Source: Camelus ferus
Taxonomy: Eukaryota
NCBI RefSeq assembly: GCF_009834535.1
Contig: NC_045696.1
Location: forward strand, 14,448,001 to 14,512,000
Length of the DNA stretch: 64,000 nucleotides
Direction: 5' to 3'
Shown here in pieces: positions 1 through 12,008 of the stretch. Position 1 is the stretch's first letter, and every line of letters starts with the position of its first letter. Below the pieces are notes generated by a model. The model made no database searches and had not been told where the DNA came from. It saw nothing but the letters and a program-made list of their open reading frames with translations. Both the position numbers and the translations under genes were made by a program.

Positions 1-1254
1 GAAAAATAAAGAGAATTCTCGTTAAAGAATGGCAGACTGGATATATGTCCTATTTCTGGCCCTAGCTGTTCTCCCTCCCAACAACATACATGATGCACAG
101 AATCACTAAATAAAATTTAAATGTTCTCCTTAGGTCAATACTGATGAACAAAATGGTGTAAGAATTTATTCGTTACACAAATGCTACCAGTTAACCAGAG
201 GCAGCGTTGGAAAAGACATGTATCTCCTCAAAGCTCAGAAACTTCTTGACTTTCCTCATGCCTAAAGCCAATGGGAGAAATTAATAAGCATGTTATATAA
301 AAAACAAACTATGGAACACTGAATTCATTGTACAGGTCTTGAAATTAAGCTAAACACCAAAGGAAACATATCATTGAGTTTTATAAGCATTAACAAAACA
401 ATCCAGTTTTAAAACTCTAGTGTGAAAATAAAAAAGAATTTTCCTGTTATTTGTACATAGAGAACTAAATATAGTCTTTTAAACTTCTCACCTGGTAGTG
501 GATACATAATGCCCTGAAACTTACTCTTGGTGTTGCAAGAAAATATCTGTTGTACAGAATTGTAAACACTGCTGCTGGTTTTGACATTTAAGGGGTAGGT
601 GATCTGATTTGAAATGCCTCAGCTTTCTAAAACCTGGCAGCTTGGGTCTCATACTTGCATGGAGGGGAGAAAGAACAGGTGAAATCTTTTGACCTCTGAG
701 ATTTTCCAAAGGACAAACTTAATTAACTGCATCCCCAGTTGGTAATTGGGGGTTGGGAAGGAAGAATGGGAACCAAGAAGTTCTATGGAGGATGAAGGAG
801 GCGATACTACAGTGATGGACGCCCACAGGGCATTGGCACCGGCTGAAACAATAGCAAGATGAATAATTGTCCCCGAGAGTAGGGTGGTTGCAGCAATGTG
901 GGCAGAACTTGATTGAGAAATAACACTTTAACCAGCTCTGAAATAAGCACTACATTCGACAACTGACTTCCTTATTTCAGGAGGATCCAGGTTACAAAAA
1001 CAAAGCAATGCAATTGATCCATACAATGGGCTTCTTTCCTAATGCTCTTGCTACTCAGAGCAAGAATTTTTGGGTACACCAAACCAAGCTTCCTTCCTGA
1101 AGCACAAAAATCACATAATTTAACTTAAAATCTTGAGGTGGCAACCCTAAGGACAGTATTGTACTTGACAAGACTGTATATTATTAGAAAGCTTATGACC
1201 AACCTTTCCAGGATCAATGCATATACAGCATTGTCCCTTGCGATTTAATCGCTA

Positions 1255-1402
1255 ATATTTGTTAGTTTACTATGTGCCAGGCATAGCTGTGACTCACTGA
1301 AGCCTCAGAACTACTGAATGAGGTGTGGGTGCTATAACTGCTATTTTTTAACAGACAAGAAATCAAAGGTACACAGATATTAGATAAGTTGCTCAAAGTT
1401 AC
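1255..1402 (-). mobile_element. MIR SINE fragment
   Basis: ttactatgtgccaggc...acaagaaatcaaaggtacacagatattagataagttgctcaaagttac resembles the reverse MIR core; highly diverged. Confidence 0.55.
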
Positions 1403-1905
1403 CTCTCCCCACTCCTAAACACCATAAAATACAGTTTTCCTCATGACAAATAATTCAGTCTTGCTCAAAGCTGGTTACAAACACACTCAGCTTTCAGAAA
1501 ATATTGCAGAATTTTCCTTATTCTTCCCAACTGGTTGACTTTCAATCCATCAGAGCCAAGGTCACCTTGGATGGGCACCAGGAAGACCTTGTCCCCTGGT
1601 CAAATTTTCCCCATTTTCTGTTTCACTGCACCCCTAGGACCATCCTCCCCTTGCCCTTGGTGGCTGAGGCTCAGGATGGTGAGTAAGCCTCATTTCAAGT
1701 TCAGGGGTTCTTACTCGGGTCCCCATTCTGGGAGCATGGAGGGGAGTGGCACCTTCCTCAGACTGAAGCACCTACAAGAAAATAAATCTATTTTGCCTCT
1801 GATTGCCACCCATGGCATGATTTGGCAGCGTCACCATGTGGAAGGTGCACTTCCCACCAGATGCTGGTGAAGAGGAAAGAAATGGTGATGATGAAATAAA
1901 GAACC

Positions 1906-2229
1906 TGTAATAGAAACAGGTTCTATCCAGAGAAACAGAACCAATAGAACATACCCAGATGTATAGAAAGAGATTTATTATGAGGGATTAGCTCATGCAA
2001 TCATGGAGGCCGAGAATCCCACAGGCCACCTTTTTGTTCTTGTCCAACTTTCAGTGCATTGGATGACACACGCCCACCTTGGTGAGACCTGGTCTTCGCT
2101 CAGTCTACAGATTCAAGTACTAATCTTTTCCACAGACTCCCTCGCAGACACACACAGGAATAATGTTTCATCATAGCTGCCTGGACACCCCTTAGCCCAG
2201 TCAAGTTGACACATAAAATTAACCACACA
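1906..2229 (-). mobile_element. MLT2-type (ERVL) solo LTR, internally deleted
   Basis: Ends TGTAATAG...TTCTATCCAGAGAAACAGAACCAATAG and CCCAGTCAAGTTGACACATAAAATTAACCACACA match MLT2 termini; perfect 5-bp TSD GAACC (1901-1905, 2230-2234). Confidence 0.85.
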
Positions 2230-2629
2230 GAACCCCAACCTGCAGAACACACAAAACTGTCCACACAATTTCAGCAGGTTCATAGATTCCTTGTCCACAG
2301 GAGGGGACAAAACCCTGGCTCTAGCACAATACTGAGTTTCCAGTCACAATACTTTAAGGCAATACTCTAGGGCAATTCTTTTATTTATTTTTTTTAACAC
2401 AAAATCATATTCACTTGTTCTTGAGAAGAAATCACCTGTTTAGTGACAGCTGGAGAGGTAAGTCAAACATCGACTTGCTCAGCTGAACTTCAGAAGCTCA
2501 TCCTATGAGGGGGCATGTAGATCTGGGATCTATCAAGGAGGCATGTCCTTCTGTCTGGACCTTAGCATGTAAGAAAGCCAAGTAGACCCATTAAGGCATG
2601 ACCTGGCTGCCAGCATGGTCTAACTCAGT

Positions 2630-2800
2630 CTACTATGGGAGGGAGAACTCAGGCATTAAGTGCCTAAACATAGTTGCTAGCTCCTCTTTTCCAGCATGGC
2701 TCTCTGATGTCTTGATCGGTCAGTCCCCTTCTGTAGGTCTCAGCTTTCTCATCTGTCAGATAAAGGGTTCCACTCAATTATCCTTAAAGTCCCTAAAAGT
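2630..2800 (+). mobile_element. MIR/MIR3 SINE fragment
   Basis: ctcagctttctcatctgtcagataaaggg matches the MIR core ctcagtttcctcatctgtaaaatggg. Confidence 0.6.
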
Positions 2801-3304
2801 CTATGATCATTTACCATTGGATTTGATATTGAGAACCAATGAGATGAACTTGGACAAGTCCTGGGGATTGGTGCCAAGACTGGATAATCCTCAGACTTAG
2901 ACCTCTCTCTGCAGGAGAAACAAACCCCAGCCAACAGGAAACTCCACAAAAACAATTGCCAGCTTTTGTTTGTCCTTCCTTAAGTGCACCTGGCAAAATG
3001 GCAGAGATGCTGTTAGACAAAGCAAATATAAAGGGTAAGGAACTGTCCCCACGTGTCCCCAAACCCTCACTCAACCTGACCACAGTCAATAAACACGCTG
3101 TTTTGTTTGGCCTTCAGCTCCCAAGAAGAACCAGGAATTAAGCAGATGCCAGGCCCTGACACAACACTAAGGGACAGCTTCCAGGGACATGGTGTCCCTG
3201 CTCCCAGACCTACCAGAACATTGCCTTCCTCATCTATAAAAATAAACAAATGGCAGAGGGTATCTTTAGAGGGAAAATGTCTATTTCATATCATATAGCA
3301 CCAA

Positions 3305-3445
3305 GGCCTGGACCAGGCTGAGAAAAACAGGTGACTGAGGCCTGAAACTCAAGGAGGCAAGGTCATCCTTGTGCTCACCCGCACTGCCAGGAGCTGAGAG
3401 CGAATGCCTCCTTAGATTCTGTGCCCCGTGCTCCTAGCGCTCATG
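3305..3445. mobile_element. MER91-like non-autonomous hAT-Tip100 element
   Basis: gagagcgaatgcctccttagattctgtgcccc resembles recalled MER91 gagagtgagtgcctccttaaattttgcaccc. Confidence 0.45.
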
Positions 3446-3978
3446 CACAAGTAGAATCAGCCCTTCCACAAACGTGCCTCCTTACATTTCATGCCCTAAT
3501 CATCTGCTTGTCTCATCCTGGTCCAGACCCGGTGCAACGTGATGTGAGCAAGTCCATTTACTTTCAAGGACAACTTTGATTGTTGATTTTTGAGGGTGAA
3601 GAAGGCAGCATTGAGTCCATCTGGTTGAGTGTAGGAGGTTGGCCAAGTCCCTGGCGGCCCAGCCCCTCCGTATTGTGCCAGGACCTGGCCTCAGCTGGGA
3701 ATCCTGGTTCCTCTTGGCCCTGAAGTCCAGACAAAACTCCCGTAGCCCTGGCCACACATTCTGCACTTACTCATCAGGGATTTGAGCGCTTGGATCTCCT
3801 CACTCCTCTTTACCTTTTTATTCCTCAGGATGATCCTTTCAATCTTCTGCTCAAGCAAATTTGTAAAACCAATGGGGTTCAACCAAGATTCATTTTTCCA
3901 AACCCTAAAGTGGTGATCCTTCCATCTTAGTGTACATAAAAATTCCTTGCGGAGCATCCTAAAAATGCGTATTCCACC

Positions 3979-4373
3979 TACATCCGTTCGCTAGGGCTGC
4001 CGTAACAAAGCAGCACCACCTGGGTGGCTTAAATAATAGAAGTTTATTTTTTCACCATTGTGAAGGCTGGAAGTCCAAGATCACACACAGTGCTGGCCTC
4101 CCTCTTGGCTTGTGAACGGCCGCCTTCTCCCTGTGTCCTCATGTCGTCTTTCTTCTGCATTCACGCATCCCTGGTGTCTCTGACTTGTGTGTTCAAATTT
4201 CCTCATCTTATAATGACAACAGTCAGATCGGACGAGGGCCCACCCTAATGGGCTTTATCTTAACTTCATGAACTGTTCAAAAACCCTAATTCCAAATATG
4301 GTCAGATTCTGAGGTCCTAGGGGTCAGGGCTTCAGTGTATGAATTTTGAGAGGACGTAATTCAGTCCATAACA
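3979..4373 (-). mobile_element. MaLR solo LTR (MLT1A/B/C-type)
   Basis: gctagggctgccgtaacaaa...gggtggcttaaa...ggctggaagtccaagatc...aattcagtccataaca are the diagnostic reverse-strand MLT1 LTR motifs. Confidence 0.85.
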
Positions 4374-4384
4374 CCTCGCACTCC

Positions 4385-4512
4385 AACCCCCACATTCTGA
4401 TCCAGTGTATCTGAGATGGTGTTAAAATTTTTTTGTGGTTTTGTGTTTTGTTTTCTTTTGGTTTGGTTTGATTTGGTTTGGTTTAAACAAGCACCCCTGG
4501 GATTCTGATTCC
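4385..4512. mobile_element. MER5-type hAT-Charlie fragment with an internal (GTTTT/GGTTT)n tract
   Basis: ttctgatccagtgtatctgagatgg...tttaaacaagcacccctgggattctgat. Confidence 0.5.
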
Positions 4513-5348
4513 ACAAAATATGGTTTGGAAGGGACACTGCTTTAGGCTTATTTCTCCTGAACTCCCTTGGACCACTCTCTCCACTTCCCTTTCTACTTCT
4601 TTTCATAAGTTTCCCAGGCTCAGTTTCTCTACAAACCTATCAGTTTGGGGCTTTTTGTCCTCATCCCTGTAGTTTCCATCTGTAATGTCTTTAACCACTC
4701 TTTCAAAGTACACAGGAGCTAACAAAACCACATTTCATCAAAGGGAAAAATGTGATTTGTTTTTGAGTGGCACTGGGTGGTCACCGAGTATCAAAACTTC
4801 AACCAGAAATAAGAAGCCAGGTTTCCAATCCATTTTCAGAACCAGCCTCTTCTCCCCTCATATAGGAGCCCCTATGGGTCCTATAGAGAAAAGTTGGTAG
4901 CAAGGTTCCTAAGAGAACAGAAGTCTCCGTGGGATTAAGTACGGTTCCTGCCTTGGCGGCCCCCAGACGATGCCAGGGCCCACCCCTCAGGGGCCCCACA
5001 TGAACACCCAAGGAGCTCAGAGTTCTCAGCTCTGGGCCAACCTGCCGGCAATGACACGCACACTAGTTCCAGCCAGATGTACCTGCTCCTCTTTCAGGTG
5101 CAGTGCACACTGACTCCTGGGAATTTCAAGAGAACACCTTCCCAGGAGAATCCATAGATCCTGTGTTTCCAGTTTGACTGCAAACTGCTGGGGCAGTGCT
5201 TTCTCCAGCTGGCAGCAACTCAAACTAGGGAGCAAAACACCCAACCCAAAACCACATTTCCCCTTGAAATTTTTGAACAGAAGCCTATGAATTAATCAGA
5301 ATCTTAAAGGAACAGTTCAATTTGCCTTTTAATAAAATGATAGAGTCT

Positions 5349-5513
5349 AACAGAGACCTATATTCAAAATCTTGTAATAACCCATAATGGAAAAGAACCT
5401 GAAAAAGAATATATATGTGTATGTATAGTACGTATGTGTACAGCTGAGTCACTCCACAGTGCACCGGAAACTAACACAACATTGTAGATCAACCAGACTT
5501 AAATTAAAAAAGA
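5349..5513 (+). mobile_element. 5'-truncated L1 3' end (cetartiodactyl type)
   Basis: tatattcaaaatcttgtaataacccataatggaaaagaa...aactaacacaacattgtagatcaac then A-rich tail; TSD aaaatgatagagtct (5334-5348) / aaagtggtagagtct (5514-5528). Confidence 0.85.
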
Positions 5514-6056
5514 AAAGTGGTAGAGTCTGTAGGCCATATATTTGCTTCCCTTTCAATCAGACTTATCTCCTTGGACTATAGCATTCTGCTTACAACACAG
5601 TTTACTCAAATGAAAGCATTTTATGTGGCATTCCAAAAATACAAAAACAAGAATCACTTATGATTTCCAACTTAGTCGGTTTTGATCAGATTAAAAGAAA
5701 AATGTTTACAGTGTCCTGATAAGAAAAATCAGAAGCAAAACTAAAAGCAAGCCAAAGACGATTTCTGATTAAAAACCATGAGATATTAAGATGTGGTACA
5801 TGATAAAATTTAGTGTATTTATTGAGAGGTTTTCTCAAAGAGATTTTATGTTCCCAACTTAATCAATGTCTGTTCACGATAAGGACAGAAACAGCATTTC
5901 AAGGATGTTCTCAAGGCTACATTAAAAAGATTCAGACTCCAACTATGGGAAGATATTGACAGGGTCAGCTCAAGAGGAGGAGGAACCTACTTCAAGGGTA
6001 TCAATAGTTTATAAATCCAAGATAGTGGCAGGAGTAACCAGGGCTGCTCTTTTTGC

Positions 6057-6985
6057 TTCAGGAGTTCAGAACTGGCCTCCCCAAAATGTGTCCCTTTGGC
6101 CTGTGGATTATTCTGAGCTAAAGGCAATGGAGAACCTGTGTGCTCAGGAGAAATTATTGCCTTTCCTTAAACCAGTAAAATTTAAATTGGGGATTTTTCC
6201 CGAAAAAGCACAATTACCAGAGATAAATTTTATCTAAGTGGCCCCATCTATGTGACATGGCAAATATGTCATTACCAAACATCCCCTCTTGTCGGCAGCC
6301 TTAAGTGAGTAGGCCATGGGGCCCAGCCTTAAGTGAACAAGCCGTGGACCCCAGGCCAAAGTTCACAATAGCTTGCACCTGGTAAGGAGTAAACATATGC
6401 ATGTGCCAGTTATGTAAGCCTTATAAATAAAGAAGGAAAGGCACGCATGCGCTAGTAGCGTTATGTAAGCCTTAGGAACAAAGAAATGAACAATGCGCAT
6501 GTGCAGGCAAAGTAGATAACAGTAGGACAAGCGCGCCACACGGACGGCGTCATCTTGTTGAACTAGAAGAATGTGCTGAGCGCCGCCGCCACCACTGCTG
6601 CTGCCCACCACAAGAGCCACCCGCTTGTACTGCAACAAAGTGCTATTTTGCTCCATGTCAGCTCCTCATGCATTTTTCCAGTTGGGCAGCTCACCTCCTC
6701 GAGTCCCTCTTCAGCCCCCTGTGGCTGACACCCTCTTCTTTTCATTGTCCTGTGGGTGACCATTCTGTCCTTGGTCCCCAGGCCCCTCTCCCATTCCTCG
6801 GCTCAGGTTGGCATATATACTTTATTTTGCCTTTCTGTCCTTGAAACTTTCACGTATCTGGGATCTATGAATCTCTCATCTATGTGGGGTTCCAGAACAC
6901 ATGAAATTAAATTTGATTTTCTCCTACTGATTCATCTCATGTCTACTTATTTCTTAGACAAGCCGGAAGAACCTAGAAGGGACCC
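6057..6985 (+). mobile_element. MER34-like ERV1 LTR, split by a younger LTR
   Basis: 5' part ggagttcagaactggcctccccaaaatgtgtccctttggc...gattattctgagctaaaggcaat and 3' part aaattaaatttgattttctcct...gaacctagaaggg match recalled MER34-group termini. Confidence 0.7.
6290..6730 (+). mobile_element. Young solo LTR, probably ERV2/betaretrovirus-like (441 bp)
   Basis: TGTCGGC...GCTGACA inverted termini, perfect 6-bp TSD CCCTCT (6284-6289, 6731-6736), CpG-rich, internal tandem repeats; strand inferred from a polyA-like AACAAA at 6634-6639. Confidence 0.8.
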
Positions 6986-7099
6986 AACAGAGCCAAGGAA
7001 AACATATCCAACACATGATCACTTGCCAGTCCCTAAATGGTCTCATCAGTCATCTCCAGTTACACATGTATCCAGGGCACCTGTCTGAAAAATACTTAT

Positions 7100-7592
7100 G
7101 AGCCTTTCCGCTTTCCCTCCTCTGCTCCTACCTTTGATGGCTGTGTGGGGATGTGATGACCAGCACAGCAGCAGCTGTGTTGTAACCACCACAGAACATG
7201 CATGAAACAAAAGCCACCACATTAAGCATGGTGGATTCAAAGCACAGAAGGAAGCTGGGTCCCTGATGTATTACTGGGCTGATAAAACAACTCTAGGAAC
7301 CACTTGTCTCCATACTTCTTGTTTATTAGAAAATGAATGCCTTGTGATGTAAGCCAGTGGTTCAGGCACCTGGACCGGCATCAGCATCATCTGGGAACTT
7401 GCTAGAAAAGCAAACCCTTGGGCACCACCCCAGACCTACGGAATGAGAGATTCTAAAGATAGAGCCCAGCAAGCTATGCTTTAACAAGTCCTCCAGGTGA
7501 TTCTGATGCAAGAAAAGTGGGAAACCACCAGTTAGGAGTCATTGGTAGTATGTTTTCTGTTATTTGCAGCCAAAAGCATTCCTGATTAATAT
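7100..7592 (+). mobile_element. Old MaLR LTR (MLT1J/K/L-type), interrupted by MER5A
   Basis: gaaggaagctgggtccctgatg...; 3' end ttttctgttatttgcagccaaaagcattcctgattaata is typical of old MLT1 LTRs. Confidence 0.65.
7355..7531 (+). mobile_element. MER5A (hAT-Charlie MITE)
   Basis: cagtggtt...gcatcagcatcatctgggaacttgctagaaa...ccccagacctac...tttaacaagtcctccaggtgattctgatgca...aaccac. Confidence 0.85.
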
Positions 7593-8630
7593 AAGCAATT
7601 GTGTCAGATTTCAGTAAGTATTACCTCTCCATGATTTATTCAGAAAATGTTTCTTATGTAATGTTTACAGAATTATTATTTACAGAATTTTTCTTCTAAC
7701 CAGCCCTAGGATGCTGTTGCAGGGTCACAATTTACTCACACTGCATGTAAAACTTCAGAGAAAATACATGAACTTTATTTCTTTGCTAAAAGTTCTACAT
7801 CTTTACTGCTACAAGGTGTTAGTGTGCACACAGGTGCACAAATTAGAACAGCCAATCAACAGTTTGATCTTTTTCTGGTTGAATGGTCTCTTTTTAGTCT
7901 AGTCCACTGAAGGTCAAATCCCCATCAAAGCTTTGGTTTAAATAGCATCATTAAATAGCCTCCTCATTAGCTGTGGTGCCTTGTCTCTCAGCATTTCTCT
8001 CCTGATGGTGGGTGGCTCATGTGACTGACTGTCAGTGGGGTAAAGGAGTCTTCCAGCTCCTATGATCTGGGCTGATGGCCCTTGTCCACCTGGTTGTGCT
8101 CCTCTTGCTGGCATTTGTGGCTGGATTTGGTGGTTGGTAAGACCCAAGGTCTCGTTCCTCTTGCTTTGGCCAGTGTCTTGTGGTGCTGATTTCCTGAGAT
8201 CTTGGAGTCTCTTCCATGCCCTGCATACCACATCTGTCCTTGTTTGTACTGGGACATCACCCCACCCCACTAGGCTGACATACAAGAGATTCTGAGGCTT
8301 GTCCATGCCATGAATGCTTCAAGAAAACAAAATTCCATCTACATCTTGTTTCAAGCCATAAAATTCACTTTGCTAGTCTAATCCAGGGTTGATGAAGGAG
8401 AAAACTTTGCGATATCCTCTTTTTAGAGTTTTTACAGTCCTTCACTTATCTAGCCAGCCAAAGACCCTACATCAGTGGTTCCCAATCTGGGTGATTTTGT
8501 TTCCTAGGGGACATTTGGCAATGTCTGGAAATGTTTTGGGTTGTCACAACTTGGGAAGGTGTAAGATTTGCTTCTGACATCTAGAGGGTAGAGGTTGAGG
8601 ATGCTGCTAAACATCCTATAATTATAACAC

Positions 8631-9544
8631 TGTAATAGGCAGCAGCCAAGGTTCCCATCTGCTCTGCATAGTCCGCTCCCCTTGAGTATGGAGAGAATCT
8701 GCCAATATGATGGGATATTGATCCTGTGATTATGTTACTTTATATAGCAAAAGGAATTTTGCAGCTGTAAGATCCCTAATCAATTGACTTTGAATTAAGC
8801 AAAAGGAAGAATATCCTGTGTGGGCCTCACCTAATCAGGTGACCCTTAAAAGAAACAAGAAGCAGAAACTGACATGGTCCTACTGGCCTTGAAGAAACAA
8901 ACAGCCTTGTTATGAACTGCCTATGGGAGGGGTCTCTAGAAGATGAGAGCAACCCTCATTTAACGGCCACGAAGCAAATGGAAATCCCTTTCCTACAACC
9001 GTAAAGAAGACCCCAAGCCTCAGATGAGAGGTAGGCAACAAGCAACACTTTGATTTCAGCCTTGTGAGAACGTGAGCAGAGACCCCGAGTGGAGATGCCA
9101 GCTATGCTGTACACGGACTTCTGACCCATGGAAACTGTGAGATAACAAATGCATGTGGTTTTAACAGAAATAGACTCATGGACACAGAAAACCAGCTGTG
9201 GTTACCAGGGGGGAGAAGGGTGGGGGAGGGATAGATTAGGAGTTTGAGATTAGTAGACACACATTACTACATATAAAATAAATAAACAGTAACGTCCTAC
9301 TGTATAGCACAGGGAACTATATTCAATTTCTTGTAATGAGCTATAATGGAAAAGAAACTGAAAACATATATGTGTGTGTATGTATATGTATAACTGAATC
9401 ACTTTGCTATACACCTGAAACTAATGTTGTAAATCTACTACACTTCAATAAAAAAATAAGAACTAAAATAAATAAATACATACACGTGGTCTTAAGCCAC
9501 TAGGTTTATGCTAACTTGTTATGCAGCAATAGAAAACTAACACA
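8631..9544 (+). mobile_element. MaLR LTR (MLT1E/F-type) inserted in MER20
   Basis: tgtaataggcagc...aaaaggaattttgcag...ctaatcaattgactttgaatta...gacttctgacccatggaaactgtgagataa...ttgttatgcagcaatagaaaactaacaca. Confidence 0.8.
9164..9478 (+). mobile_element. 5'-truncated L1 3' end inside the MLT1 LTR
   Basis: acagaaatagactcatggacacagaaaac...tatagcacagggaactatattcaa...taactgaatcactttgctatacacctgaaactaa + A-rich tail; decayed TSD (tgcatgtggtttta / tacacgtggtctta). Confidence 0.88.
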
Positions 9545-10164
9545 AATACACAGCAACAGAAAACTAATACAAATACACTAATAAATTAATACAAATACCC
9601 CCTCAAAACAAAGACTTTCTTTAATCCAAAATGTCAGTGGTGCCACTGTTGAGATACCATACCCTACAGGAAAATGTGTTCTCTGTGCCTCTTTTTCCCC
9701 CAGAAGGAGGAGACTTCCAGGCAGGTCACTTTCTCAAGTTGTACCCCACATTTTATTTTATTCCAGCAAACCATATAACACTGCACAAGGAGTTTGCAGA
9801 GAGGAGCAGGTAACATATATACAGGAGGCTTTGGAAAATGCTGGAATCTGCTGGAGGGATGATATTCAAGGAGATGAGGCAGCTGTGAGATTTGGAAGAA
9901 GTCAGAGAGATCATGTAAGGGTTAGTATTGAGTTTTGTTGTGTGAGGTGCAGTGAAAGCGTGTTTTCGTAACACTGGTGATGCTTTCAGCAGAATCACTC
10001 CTCCTCGCTAATGCTATGTGACTTTAGATTTGCTTTGCGGTGTACAACACAGTACTGAAAATGACAGGATCCTGCCTCGCCATGAGAATGAGGCTGAGAA
10101 CAGAGACTTTCCCTGGCCACATCTCATGGAAGGCTCCAAAAACCTGATGGAGAGGCATTAGTAC

Positions 10165-10290
10165 GCCAATTATTATCATTTTACGGATGAGGAAATTGAG
10201 GCTAACAGATGTTGGGTAATTTCCCAAAGTAATTCATCTAACAATCAGCTGAATGAGAATTTGATTTCCAGGATGCCTAGCACTGCCTCC
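10165..10290 (-). mobile_element. MIR SINE
   Basis: attttacggatgaggaaattgaggct core. Confidence 0.75.
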
Positions 10291-10369
10291 TCCCATATTT
10301 TGGAGACCTCAGTATTCTCAATGCTCTATTATCACGTCTTCACTATTTCCATATGGATTCTTATATAGG

Positions 10370-10573
10370 AATGGTACCCAACCCTGGTTACATTAGAAAG
10401 ACCTGGGAAGCTTTTAACAAAATACTGTTGCCCAGTTCCTCTGCCTGGTCCTCCCATCCCCACCCCTTGATCCCAGAAAATCTGATTTCATTGCACAGGA
10501 ATGTGGACCCAGGACTGGCATTCTGTACAAGCTCCTAGATGATTCTGAGGTGTACCCAGGGTAAGAATCATTA
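10370..10573. mobile_element. MER5A1/MER5B-like hAT-Charlie MITE
   Basis: caaccctggttacattagaaagacctgggaagctttt...aagctcctagatgattctga...ccagggtaagaatca. Confidence 0.65.
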
Positions 10574-11619
10574 TTCTAAATCTCCAGTTCTCTCTTTTCC
10601 ACAATGTGATTAGAATACATCTGAGGCCATTTGTTCTTCTGGAATTTTCTCAAATGATTTCCCTTTCTCACTGAGCTATCAATGATGTTGTATATTCACA
10701 TTTTTCATTCTAAGAGTCAGGCTTGTTTTTTGTTTTTCATGAGAAAAACATCAGCAAAACAGCTGGCAAAGGCCAAGAGGGGCTGCACCCGTGTGAAGAG
10801 AAACACCACCACACTCCTTGACAGCTCAACCCTCTCAAACATCACCCTTGGCATTTGCTGACCCTTTAATCTCAGTCACAAGGTCATGAACAAAGAACAA
10901 ACAATAAAAAGCAGGTCTTTAACCCGTTGTGACTGGAATATATTGAGGCTCTGTCTTATGTCCCATCCTTTACTTATCTAAACATAAAGATCATAAGGAT
11001 ATATTCTTAGTGTACTCACTCTCCTATTCCTATCAGGAACTTTATTTCTCCTTTATTTGAAGGAGATTCGGAGGGGGATTGATGGAGATTAAAATACTCA
11101 GGTAAGATTAAAATCAACCAATCTCCAATCATGCTTACAGGGAAAATGAGGTGCCTGGTTTTTTCCATTCATTATCACTATTTAATGTAACCACATGAAC
11201 AAATTACAGCCTCTTTTGTAATCTCACAGATCAAAAGCTAAACAAAAATATATTCATCTAAAATAATCAACAATAGACATTGTTTTTCATGGAGTGATAC
11301 TTGTAAAGCTAAGCAAACTGACTGCCCAAATCAAACCCCTCAACCTGCAGTCCACCTGCAATGAATGTGGAATCTTGATGTCACCTCTGCCGCAGTGCAG
11401 TGTGGGTCCACCACAAACCTATGGAAGAAGCATCCCATCTGGAATCTGGTCCAGAGGGGAGGCATCCCAGACCATCAGTATCAAACCCATAACATACTAC
11501 CCTACCTTGTTCCATGCATCCCAACTCTGACTTCACACTTATGGGTAAGGTTCTATATGGTACTATATGCATCTGGAACTGTCATGAGACCTAAGGAGGC
11601 AAGGGAGGTGAGCATTATC

Positions 11620-11835
11620 ACAACAATAATCATATCTAATGTTCACAAAACCCTAATAGTGTGCCAGACTCTGCACTCAGCATCTGTCATTTAATCTTTG
11701 CCAACTGCCCTGTGAAGTGCACAATGAGGAAACTGAGGCCAGGAGAGAATAACATTCACAGGGGGACAGAGTATGTAAGTAGCAGAGCTGAGATTTCCAT
11801 TCCAATTATCTGGTTCTAGACTCCCTCAGTTTACC
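11620..11835 (-). mobile_element. MIR SINE
   Basis: tgtgccagactctgcact...atgaggaaactgaggc...gtaagtagcagagctgagatt. Confidence 0.75.
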
Positions 11836-12008
11836 CCCGTCAGTCCTTCCTGTGGGTAAAAGAAGAGTATGGCTTGTACAGAAACTTGCAACAGCTCAAT
11901 TGGTACTTCCAGAAAGCATATTTCAGGCAAGTTAGAGCTAACTTCACATTATATCCACAAAAAAATTCCATGGAAAAATGTCCTATTTAAAAAAAAAAGG
12001 CATTAGGC

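Larger units (their letters stand above)
8473..9661 (+). mobile_element. MER20 (hAT-Charlie), split by an MLT1 LTR (MER20 parts about 8473-8630 and 9595-9661)
   Basis: ggggacatttggcaatgtctgga...ggatgctgctaaacatcctata | ccaaaatgtcagtggtgcc...gttgagatacc; 8-bp TSD ccctacat (8465-8472) / ccctacag (9662-9669). Confidence 0.85.

Noticed and set aside
1639..1679. 41-nt + strand exon-like segment (cccctag...GATG|gtgagt)
   Set aside because: Isolated, not frame-preserving, and no partner exons recognised
7938..8306. 122-aa - strand ORF, or ERVL pol remnant (EEHNQVDK)
   Set aside because: No recognisable domain or splice sites; the similarity is a few residues and flanking pol motifs are missing
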